From Vermamoeba vermiformis (taxonomy: Eukaryota): DNA of 56,796 nt. A model generated the notes under the pieces. It made no database searches. It was given only the letters and a program-made list of their open reading frames with translations, and was not told where the DNA came from. The stretch spans positions 1 to 56,796 of the forward strand of contig JBEWZL010000128.1 in the NCBI GenBank assembly GCA_045837725.1, in the 5' to 3' direction. Positions 23,912 to 35,925 of this stretch are shown here, piece after piece. A program made the translations under genes and the position numbers. How positions within the stretch are numbered: position 1 is the stretch's first letter; each line of letters opens with the position of its first letter.

Positions 23912-26900
23912 ATGGCCGATGATGAGTTGAAACCAGGATCTAACGAGTTTGCCTCTGGTTTTAATCGAGTGGCAAATTCTACAACGACTAATCAAAAATC
24001 GTACTACGATTTATCTTCGTATTTATTTGCCGTCGCTAACCAAAGAGAACAGCTCGATCTTGACAAAGGTAATTGCGTTTGTTGATTTTTTTTTAGTATT
24101 TTATTTGTTAATTAAAAATTGACAGTCGTCTTTAAATATTATAATTTATTATATTCCTTTCACGAATATTAGTTAATTTTTTGTTAGTGAGGAACCTGGG
24201 ACATCTTGATCCCTTATCCGAATTTAACGAGAACAATAACCCTCTTTACCTCGCCATAAAGTCGCCTTATATTCCTACAAGTAAGTAATATTATTCCAAT
24301 ACTGGACCGAGAAATGACACGGTCATTTAGGCGTGGCGGATCTGTTAATAGCCAGAGGCTTCGTTTTGGAAAAATTGTCCTATAAATTGCTTGAAAATGC
24401 GCCAGTAGATAGAATTAAATACGCGTGTGAACATTTGTTGGATCTGGAATTGACAAATGCGAACTACAACGCTCTACATTACGTTATAAAATATCGCGAC
24501 CTTCCCGACAAGACAGGTAATATTATATAGCTACTTTTTTATCAAAAATTAATATACAACTTTTTTTGACTTTAGAGGTGCTCGAAATTCTTTTAAAACA
24601 TTTCGTGGATGTGAACGCCGTAAATGCGCAAGGAAACACGCCGATCTGCTCTGCTGTACGACGTCTTGATAAGAAAACAGTTGAATATCTATTGAAGCAA
24701 AAGATCCAGCCAGTAACCCTCAATGCAACGCAAAAAAATTTGCTGCGGATCCCGCCATTGCAAGCACTCGAACTCGGTCCTGGTTTAGGTAAAATTGCCA
24801 ATGTTAACATAGTAATATACGTGAATAATTGTGTAAATAGGAAAATTGACAGCGCACGAAGCAGAGATGATCGAAATTTTAAAATTGTTGTTGGATGCCG
24901 GTGCGGATGTCAACGGACCAACACCGACGGACGGATGCACTCCATTATTAGCTGCGCTGAACAACAACAGTACTGTTATTGCCAAATTCTTTATTGGTAC
25001 GATAATGAATAAGTTACAAAATTCAATTTTAATTAACTTTTTCTTAGAACGAGGCGCGATCTCCTCGCCTGACGGCAAAGAGCTAATTAAAGCATGCGAA
25101 TATAGGTACCCTGATATATTAAAGATGCTAATTGAGCGAGGAGCAATGCCTAGGCTTGCAATGGGCCGTTGCGACCAGACATTGTTTCATTATGCTATTG
25201 GACGCTCTGGCAGAACTCTCGTAAGAATATAAATACTAATTTGTGGCTAGAATAATGCTATTATAATTTATAAATTAAATTTGGTCTTATTTATTTGATT
25301 TTAGACAGCCGATGAAAATCAAGCGTTGACGATGCAATTAATCGAAATTCTCGCGCAAAGTGGGGTTGATATTAATAAAGCTGATGGTAAGCATAATATA
25401 TTCATATTCATATTTATAAGCTTACCTATCGATCATTTAACTAACTAATCTGAAAATAATTAGAATTAGGAAGAACGCCGCTCGTACTGGCGTTTACGTT
25501 AGAGCAGTTCCAAGTACGTAAAAATATAATTCATTAAAAATGAATTTTAATTTAATTTACATCGGTTTAGATGCTGCAAAAATACGGCGCTGACTTGACC
25601 GTGAAATTTAAAGGCAACAATTTGATCCACTCGCTGATTAACTCAAATGAAACAAATCTAGCTTACGTGCTATCCCAAGGTATTTATTTCCCCTATACTA
25701 CGCCTTATAACGAGACTGCGTTAATTTTCGATCGGATCCAATCCTTTCATTTTAATTTTCGATCTGAAAAAAATTACCTAGTTTGTATATTTTTTATTTA
25801 ATCTATGTAATTTTGCCAATATTCGTCAACAAGAATTTATAATAATCTTCGCTAATGACCGCAAATAGGCGTAGTTTCAGTGGACGAACAGAACGATAAA
25901 GGACTTTGTCCGCTGCACCTTGCCGCCAACTTAAAAAAACTATCTGTCGTGGAACTGCTGCTCAAACACAACGCGAAGATTGATGTGTTGGATGGTGACG
26001 GCAGAACTGCATTGATGTGCGCTGTGAGTAGTTTGGAGATCTTTGAAACACTCGTAAGTCCTGGATCTACCCCCGGTAAAAAAAAAACATACAAAAAGGC
26101 TACAAAAACTTCATTTTTAATACTTTTAGCTATGTTACGGATAAAATTACTATAATACGTATTGTTCGATGAGATCTGATGTGTTACAGGAAAAAATTGG
26201 CTATCTTTTATTCTAAGAACGCTACTAATTAATTTATTAAATAAGCAATAAGATTCGTTATAATATTTTTAAAATTTGTTAAAGAACTGCTGTTTTTTTA
26301 CTTATAAAGTGCTAAGGGTAATTTTATTGTCGTAATTACTAATACTTTTTTTCCACAGCTGCGCCACGGTGCGGACTTCATGGTGAGCGACAACCAAGGC
26401 AACAATATTTTGCACTATGCAATCAAAGGAACTTCCAGCACATTCATCGCACTTGCCAAATATAGTAAGTCGCGATCAACTCCTTTGCTTGTCCAAATAA
26501 GGCAAGTCTGTATTGATACGATTGAATTTCAGTGACGAAAGATCAAGCACAGATATTAGTCAACCAAAAAAATTCCGATGGGAAAGATCCGCGACAACTT
26601 ATTTCTCGGCCAGAAAATGTACGTAAAAACTGACAACTTTTTGACATTTTTTGCGCTAGAAAACTCAAATTTTCTTCGCCGATCCGTCCTTTTCAGGACT
26701 AAAATAAGATTACGTACGGATATTGGGTCATATTTTTTTATGATCTTTTTAAACAATTCAGTGACATTAACGTCAAAAAAAGACTTCGCTTGATGAACGA
26801 GAGCTAATTACTGACGAAATGTATTGAAAACGTGTGCTAATGTGCATGTAATTCCCCGACAGATCTTCCACAAATTGCTGACTCTGGACATTGACGTGAT

Positions 26901-28687
26901 AATGAAAATCATTGACGTGTTTCAATGCAGCAAATTGTTTGAGCATGAATTAGGTACAACAATTGATTTTATTGGTTGTAAACGTAGCTAATAATATACC
27001 ACTAGTTGCACTTGCCAGAGGCTGTGTTTTCAGCGAATTCGATTGTTCGCATTGGGATACATCAACGGAAGCCGTTCATGAAACAGCACCCATCTTCGCG
27101 CTGCCGTTCGAATCAATTATTGCAATAATTCTATTGACACCTGTCAAAGACATCACGGCATTCTCAATGACGTGTCGTCACTTCAAGTTATTGTGCGATA
27201 ATAATACTACTTGGAAAATAATTGCTGAACGAGATGGACTCCGCGAAGTGTCAACGTGTCAAAATGTCAAAAAAAGTTTCGCGATGAAATGGCGCTATCA
27301 ACGCAATGTGAGACAAGGTATGTAAAGCAATGTTCGAAAGATTTCTAGTTTTTTTCTGATTTCCTTATTAGGCAAGTTTTATGTCCGTCACGTGAAGCTG
27401 CAAAAATCGTCGACTGCACTGGCCCGGCAAGAAGAAAATGAGGTGTATGGCATTCAAGCGGCGGAAACACTCACCGTCGACTGCGATCTCGCTGCGAGAT
27501 TAATCGCTGTTGCGAACAAACATTGTGAAGTCGCGCTCATTGATATGAAAAGCTTTGCGGTTATTCAGGTACATTGAATCTTTGCAAGTTTTCCATTAAA
27601 TTTACAACAAAACTGCCACGTCAACTTTTTACAATCGTTTCATTGATTAATAATAACAAGAATTCATTCTGACTTATCGTTTTGTTTGCAAGGAATTCAC
27701 GGGTGAAAGTGCCCGCGCAGAAAACCCCGCGCATCTTCGTACAGTGATTAGTGCGAAGGACAAGTTCATCGCCATGCGCAACAGTAAATCATCCGAACTT
27801 TACGGAAGAAGTTTTGACCAAGAAAAACTCGATGTTCTGGCTGCTAACTGTTTGGGTACTTCAAAAAAACTAAATTTAATAATTACGGTTTCTAATTTCC
27901 ATGAAAAATATAGGTTTTAGTTTTGAAGGCGATTTAATCGCAATTCTTCATCTGTCTAAAGGGTGTGAAATTAGGAACTGGAGAACGAAACAAAAAGTTT
28001 GTTTTATCGCAGGAATATACTATAATGTAGTACTCAACGGTCACGTGGTTGCATTGTGGGATCAGAATCAGAAAACAGAGCTTTGGGACATCAATACAAA
28101 AAGAAAAATTTTCACTTCGAAATTGCCGAATACACTTAGCGCTGTACTCCAGAAGTTCGGAAAATTCATTGTTTCTACATCGGATCTCGTCGAATTCATC
28201 GATTGCGAGCAAAAAATTTCACTACCGTTGCCAGACAATGGACTGCAGCGCGGAATAACTGCATTTGCAAGCAATGAAGATGAGCAGATCCTGCTGTCGA
28301 TGGATTATGCAGGAGAAGAAATCATATTATGGCAGCCTTATCAAACTGATATTACAAAAATACGAAGACAGCTCACTGTGAACTTGTTTGACAAAGATCA
28401 CAATAAGAGAACGGTACGAAAGATCCAACCGGATCCGGTCACAAAGATTTCTTAATCATTATTATTAATATTTTATTTATTAGGGAACCATCGCCATTAC
28501 AAAGGACTTTGCTTTCACAGTGGGCAACTATCAGGTTGGCATTAGAGTCTTTGACCTCACCGTTGGTAAACTGCTCTATAACATTCCAATGGCTGTGAGT
28601 CAAATCAGTTCGTTGAAGCTCGTCGATACGTACTTAATTGCTGCTTTAACGAACGACACGATTGCAATTGTAAACTTTAATTTGTAG
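23912..28687 (+). CDS. Ankyrin-repeat / F-box / WD40-like beta-propeller protein
   Basis: Ankyrins VNAQGNTPICSAV, DGCTPLLAALNN, DKGLCPLHLAA, DGRTALMCAV. F-box IFALPFESIIAIILLTPVKDITAFSMTCRHFKLLCDNNTTWK. WD-like CEIRNW, TELWDINT, IILWQPY, IRVFDLTVGKL. Linking exons at 26359-27318 splice in frame. Confidence 0.8.
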
Positions 28688-28938
28688 CTTCGTTTCTTGA
28701 CGTGTAACAGCAATAATTAAAGAGCTTGAATTTAATTACTTGAATGCGACACTTTATTGTTGTTGGATTCGGTTTGTTCTACCACGCTGAACAACACAGC
28801 AGTGCAAGGTAGTTACCACTCGTTGCACCCAGCAAAATGATGATATCTGAAGTTAGGCGTTTGGATCCGTTTAATTTATTGTAAGTAACAAAAAGATAAA
28901 CTAAACAATTAGTCTAGACAGACCAGTGACTAGAAAAG

Positions 28939-31900
28939 TTACTTGATCACAGACCCTAGTGCATTATAATCTTTGAGGAGCGGATAAATGTGTTGATAAT
29001 GAGACATCAACATGGGTACGTAATCAACGACTGTTTCACCGACGTCGTTCTTGATCGTCGCTTGAGCTCCACCTGTCAATAGACAATGATTGCCGTTAGC
29101 ACGTGTCATTTTAAGTCAGTGCCGTAAACAGAAAATTGGTTCATGACAGATACTTTTGAAGGCAGCAATTTTTTGATTTTTTCACCGATCGCGCATGAAC
29201 TATTAACGTACCATCGAGCAGTTTGAATGCAATCAAACAGTATTTCGACGCTTGTTCGCACGAGTTCAAGTTGCACAGCATTGCTTCGAGTGCTCCGATG
29301 TGGAAGTGACGACACACGATGTGCAGTGCTGTGTCGCCAAAGTTGTTTTGAACGTTCAAATTTGTGCCTGGACACGTGATCAAGTAATCCACAATGGGCC
29401 ACAGATCGACCGAGTCATAGACATCGTTGTTCTCTCCGCTCTCGTTTTGCCTTGCTTGTAATGCAAATGCGAATGGGTTTGCTACACCGGATCCAATAGG
29501 CTGCAGTTTTTTTCTGACGAGCGTTGTGTAGTTCATCGGAGCACCACTGACAAACACGTGCTGTAACAGTGCCATCAATGGAGTGTTGCCATCTTCGTCT
29601 CGTGTGTTGATCTCAGTCGTGTCTCGTCCAATGAATGACTTGAAGAGATTGAGATTGATAGACACCCCGGAAAGTTGTAGCATTGAGTGCAAGATCGTAG
29701 TCGAGGATTTTTGTTTGTGAACGGCCAGTGGCTTGTAAAAAGATGCTAACACATATATGGTTAGGGCGTGGCTGGAGTCTATGGCAGGTTGATTACCTTG
29801 CTTGGCAATATTCAGTACTTCACTCTTTTCTTTAGCTGTCAGCCGGAGTAACATTAGGGTCTGCAAGCACGTTTCACCTTTGTTATTTTCCAAATTAAGG
29901 TTGATATTGCCGTTCTCGATCAGTTTCATCAAGTTTTGGACATTGATCTCCTGCCCCTTGCAGATATCGAGTAACCTTATAATAGTCTGGTTAGTGCTGT
30001 CAATTGTTTAACACCAAAAGGCCAAGCTTACAAGTGAAACGGCGTATCGCCACGAGCGTTGCGATGATTCCATAAGTGGTTTAGTTCGCGCCATTCAGTT
30101 GGTTCAGCTAAGTTAATGGGAATAATCGAGGGTGCCAGTAGCGACTTTCCTTTGGTCGCAACAAGCTTTCGAAGAAACATATAAATGGCGATGATCAAAC
30201 GATGCAGGTACTTACCATATGCAACAGAGTGTTGCTAAGACTATCGGTCAACGACAAGTCGGCACTTGAGCATAACACTTGCCAGTATTGCTTAATTTGG
30301 GTGGTGATGTAGCACGGCAAACTAACAACGTGGTTAATTATTTGAGTTGTCACTTGTATTTTGGACTCGTACGGATGTTGTTGCTTGACACGCCATCGAG
30401 ATTTTCTATGTCGGGCAACCCAACCAGGTTCCCTTAACAAGAAATACAAAGTTACAGGAGCCCCCGTACTGTCGCTACTGTTGCAATGTTATTATGTATG
30501 CAAGCCAGTTTAGTACTACTTACGTGGGCAGGCCAGTTTCAACCGGTGAGCTCAGCATCATTGTGTTAGAATGCGTGAGCCACTGAGTCGTCGAAAAGAC
30601 GTTGTTATTGATTGCTGCCAGTATTGTAAGTGCTACAGGGAGTATTAGTGCCGGCACGATACGTTAGTCACACGAGTAGAAAAAGTTGCTTACGTGTCAG
30701 TCTAAGTCCGCCACTCTGAGCATTCACATTTGCACCTCGTTTGATCAGATACACCATTGTCTCGCAGTTGCAGAACATGGCTGCATGATGCAGTGGTGTA
30801 AAGCCATCGACGTCCCTGTATGATGCACGGTCAGTGCGAGTGGACTAATTGATCTTAGAAAGGCAATTACCTTGCCTCGAGGACGTTCTCTGAAGTGTTT
30901 TGAAGTAACAATTCAAACAGCTCTGGCGTTGCAATACATGCCATCAAATGAATCAACGAGCGATTGAGTAGCTGGGGGATTGTTAGTTGAAGTTGCTGTG
31001 AGAGCGCATCAGAATTACGTACCTTATCCGTCAAAGTGAAATCAATGCCTTTTTGTTTCAGCAACATTGATATCATATCATATGCAGTTGAATCGTTGTA
31101 TATGACACAAGCGGCATTGTTAGCTTTGTGTGCGTTGTATCCGTAAAACAGTGCCATTAATGGCGTCACTCCAATCTCATCTTGTGCATTAATATTTGCT
31201 CCATGTTCGAGCAACAGCCGTGCCAAGTCAAAGTGCTGCAAGTACAGTGCTGCGTGAAGTGGAGTCCATCCGTGCTTATCCTGTTAAGTGGTTTGATTAG
31301 CATCAAAATCTAGCAGGTAGTTGACATGTTAATTCTTACGGCAAGGTTCACATCGGCGCCGTACTTCAAAAGAAGCTGTGTGTTTCTTTGTTTGTTGTCT
31401 CCTGAGGTCGATGATTTGCAAAGAATGAGCAACGGAGTCTCTCCAAACTCTGATCGAGTGTTGATGGCGCCTTTATGGCGTGCAATCAGCTCTTCAACAG
31501 TTCGCATTGGAGTGGGCTCGTTTGCAAGTGCGTTAAGTACCCAGTTGTCCGGTGTCCCTGGCAAAGGATTGGACGATTCTGCGGGGATAGTGTTCGGGAT
31601 CAAAGTGTGGTTCGACAATGCAGAAAAAAGCTCTTCGAGGTCAACGGCTGATTGTTGCACCGGTGGTGCTTGATTCGAGGTAGTAAGAGCACCAGTCAAG
31701 AGATCCAAGATTGGATTGTCATGTGGTTGAACACTGCCTTGTAATGGACTAGTAAATACTGAATCAAGCAGTGTCTGTGGATTTGTTGGCTGCTGTACAG
31801 CCGATACCCATCGTTGAGGATGCAGTTCAAAAGATGTGCTTGACGAAGAAGATTTGACACAACCATAAGTAGCGGTGTTGATGAGGGCCAGGTAATGCAC

Positions 31901-33905
31901 CAATGTCAGGCCGTCTGCATCTTGTTGGTAATCCTTTTGACTCAGTAGTGCATTCACACTAGTGCGTAGTAATGGTTACTAAGCTGCGTAAATTAACTAA
32001 GCTGCAATATAGACTTACAGCACTGAAGATGGTAATCTCTCCATCGCTCGGACCAAAGTTACCACCTTGAGAGAGCTCAAATCAAAGCCAGGCTGACTGA
32101 TTACTCGATAAAACTGTATTTGGCGTCAGTTTCGATCAACGTTCATAAAATCATTAACACTAAGACGTTACCTCTGTTTGCTTAGTGTTCAACAAAGCAT
32201 CGAGTTGATCTGGCGCCCATCTCACATGATTCTTCTCCAGTAACCACGACAGGGCAGCACTAGGACTCTGAGGAGATAGCGCAAGCTATTTCACGTAATT
32301 AAGGCTAGCGTTTTCGCACAGGTAGTACTTACATCTACAAAAGATCGACCGCTATACATCTTGTTGAAGTCGCAGCGACCAACCAGAGATGACAAAACCT
32401 TTTCAACGGCTAATAAATAGCATGTTAAACGAATTAGTTTGATTTTACGGCCGTAAATAGTGCACGTACCAAGATCCGCGTCTAATATGTTTGTAAGGTC
32501 ACTGCGAGGAAGCAACAAGTGCATAAACACTGGTATGCCCTTCACAAGCTTGTTAGGATCGCTGCCAAGAGTCAAAAGATGATTGTAAACAATGCTTGTT
32601 CGGGCGTGTAGAAGTGGTGAGTCGGCTTCAAGTGGTGAGTTCGGATCTGCTCCGAGCGAGATCAGAAATGAAATTCGGTCCGTGTCGGAAGATACCACGG
32701 CTACTTTGAGTGGATAGTCCTAATTCAGTTAAAGAGGGAAATAACAGAAGCTGTATAAAACTTTACCTCGTTATTGCCGTAACAACAAAACGCTGGTCGA
32801 AATTTGAACTGCGAAGCAACTCTAAAAATTTATTAGCAAAAATAACTGAGTACGATAGCCACTTACGCACGGTTAATATTGAATCCACGCTCTTTGACTA
32901 AGTAAGTCAAATTATCAATTGATAATGATGGGTCCAACATGATATCCTCGTCTTCAATTGGGTCCAAGAATGGTAATAGAATGCTGCTAATTGAGTGCTG
33001 GTAGGCTGATTCTCTCTGTAAAACTATCGTTGTGCCAAACCCATCGAAAGTCCTACCTACAGAGTTGTAGGTTCGTGAAGCCGTTTGGGCAACAAGTAGT
33101 TTGATATGAGGCGCAGAATCTAAGAGAGAACGTGCACGAGAAAGTTTGCCTTCAGCTATTCCGACCCTCTCAAGTTTCTTCAGGCCAGCAAGAGAAAGTG
33201 GCAGCAACTCAATATCAAAGTTCATATATAGCTCTTCGATACTGGACAGTGCCTATATAAAGTGAAATTAAAAAAAGATACACAGCGAAACAGCCAAGCC
33301 ATACCGAAACCAGTGCGTCAATCCCCTTGATTGTTCCTTTGTTAAGACGAATATTGAGGAGCTTCAGATCTTTGCAAAGCGGGGATTGAGTGACGGACAG
33401 ATCAATGAGGTCGTCAGAAACAAAGATGTCCAAAGAAACACGACGCAGGGATCGGACTTGAAAAAGTTGATCTAAGAAGCCTTTAGAGCCTTCTCCAAGA
33501 TGTATTTGCAATATTATATCTTCTATTGACTGGCAATAGCGAAGGAAGAAGGCAATAAACGACTTGGTGGTCGGAACAAGTTTCGATCTGGCAACTTGCT
33601 GATCCTGTGTCCATTTGATTGATTTCCAAAAAATAGGAGTTTTCAAGATATCTTGCCAACGTTTACAAACCTTAGATTTGATTAATAATAGAAGATAGAT
33701 TATTTGAAATGTAATAAATTATATTAATAGAATAAAAATAAAATTCGAAAAATAATCTCCACTTGCGTAGTGGAGGACAGAATGGAATAGATTTTTCTTA
33801 TTGAAAACCTTTTTTGAAATATTTTCTTACCGAGATCAGCTTTGCTCGTTGAATGCTGTGAAGGAGGCCAAAAATGTTGCGCCATACGTCATCAACGATA
33901 TCCAT
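28939..33905 (-). CDS. F-box / LRR-like / multi-ankyrin-repeat protein
   Basis: MDIVDDVWRNIFGLLHSIQRAKLIS|VCKRWQDILKTPIFWKSI (F-box). LRR-like SLRRVSL, DLKLLNI, GLKKLERVGI. Ankyrins FGETPLLILC, HGWTPLHAAL, IGVTPLMAL, DGFTPLHHAA, DGNTPLMAL, FGDTALHIVC. Stop at 28939. Confidence 0.8.
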
Positions 33906-34061
33906 TGCTTGCGTTGTTAGTACGTTCTCATTATTCTGGGTTCGTCCGAATGACACTTGTGTGTGTCAGCGGTCCCAGCAATGAATTCAATTGAAAATTA
34001 GGACGAGATAAAGCAATAAGTTTAGCTAAACTAACGAACCACTCCTTGATTTATTGTTAAT

Positions 34062-35568
34062 CTACATGTCAACACCAAAGTGGATCAAGTCACCCGCTTT
34101 AAGTTGGAACACATCCGCGTCATCTTCGATCGCGACATCACCGTTAGCACCAGACGCTACGAAAACAATTTTTTGTGGTGCAATGCCGTAATTAGCAGCG
34201 ATATTTCGCTTCAAGACGTTGAACATTTCGATCTGATCCATCGGTTCAGTGAACGACAACACGACGGGCTTGGCAGGCTCAGTGCTGCCCATGCGCTTCG
34301 CTTGCAATATAATGTTAGGGAAGTCGACCTTCATGACTTGGCGTAGTGGGTACTGTTCATTTTTGAACTCATCCCATTCCACAGGACCTAGGTGCAAGAA
34401 GCGACAGGTTAAGGTTAGATCCAGCCATCGAAAATCTTGCGCATTAGCACTATTAGGCATAAAATAGATTTGAAATCGAGCAATAGTCTCATATGGCCCT
34501 AGTCTTTTAAAATAAATTTGGTGACTTACGAGTGTCATCGCTGCAAGCCATGGGATTCAAAGTGACGAGATAAGCACCAATGCGCATCAATTCTTTGGGA
34601 GTCCAGCGCACACCACAGTTCTGCGCACCCTCTTCGTACACTTCAATCTTGCCGTCAATCTGCACGCCATGCACATCCGTTACTTTGATGAAACCTTCTT
34701 CGACTTGCGGCACGGATTTCTCTTGCCACATGTACATCGGAAACTCGAGTTCAATGTACAGTTCGCGACCGAGGCCGTAGAGTTTGCAGGTGCCAACGTA
34801 TGCTTCGTGGCCTTGACCGCGCAATCTCAGCACCAGATGCAAGTTGCTATCTAATGGAAATGCATTTGTTAGGTTTTTTAGTAAGCAGGGATACTTATTG
34901 CAAAATTACAAAACGAACTTGAAGTTCTATTTTGGACGATCTAAATCTGGATGGAAATTTAAAATTCAGAGGAACGTACTATCTTGAATGTTGTAGTCTT
35001 CAATCGTTCTGCCGTCTTCAAGTTGCTTGCCAGCAAAAATTAAGCGTTGTTGATCGGGAGGAATGCCCTCTTGGTCTTGGATCTGTTTCGCGGGTTAAAT
35101 TGTATACAGTGGCTTACTTATCATGATTTAACGTACCATCAACTTGATCTCTTCGATGGTATTGTCTTGAGCAACTTTCAAGGGAATAGCTTTGCCAGTA
35201 AGAGTCTGAAAAGTGAGATGAGATCGGGAACAGGTCTCAGCAAGCATCAAATTTTAACTTACAGTGACAGTAATATTTATATTGCCAGGAGCACCAGGTT
35301 TTGGTTTTTCCTTGCAAACAATTGTTGCGTAAGGTGCGACGTTGGACAAAGTTACGTTATCTTCCAATTTTACATCATTAAAATACCAATCGCAGTCTAA
35401 ATAAATTTAATTAATTTCATTAGGAGATATTTTAATCAAATTACCAGCCCAAAATGTTTTTTGGTTTGTACGAAGCAGATTCTTCAAAGCCTTAAGTGGA
35501 GCAGTAGAGTTAATTACGACAGGATGAATCTTGTCGATTCCACGCTCATATAAATATACAGTAGTCAT
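34062..35568 (-). CDS. Multi-domain protein: divergent UBL, internal ubiquitin-like domain, putative Ig-like domain, C-terminal PB1/UBL-like domain
   Basis: Spliced [80 protein letters not shown]-terminal [11 protein letters not shown]...[21 protein letters not shown]. Confidence 0.8.
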
Positions 35569-35925
35569 TGTGCTTCTATTCAATTTGACAGAAAGTGAAT
35601 TAATTTCCAGCCAACAAAATTTACTTGAATCCGGCACGTGGCTTGATATTCTGAGAAATGGCCCCAAAAGAAGAGTTATAATTTGCCAGCTAGCTAAACT
35701 TGCGCTTGCCTTTGTCTAGTAAGGACTTTCGTTTTTGAGCAGAAAACTGGATGAGTTCAAACAAACATCCTACATGAACTAATATGGCAGACTACGTAGG
35801 ACTAAGATATAATTTATTAGAGACTAATAATGTGACAAAATTGTTAGCACAAGAACGTTGCCTCAGTCATGCAAGATCGACGAAACTAAAACAACGTTTC
35901 AGGCACCAGCTAGATCCAGCTTTGC

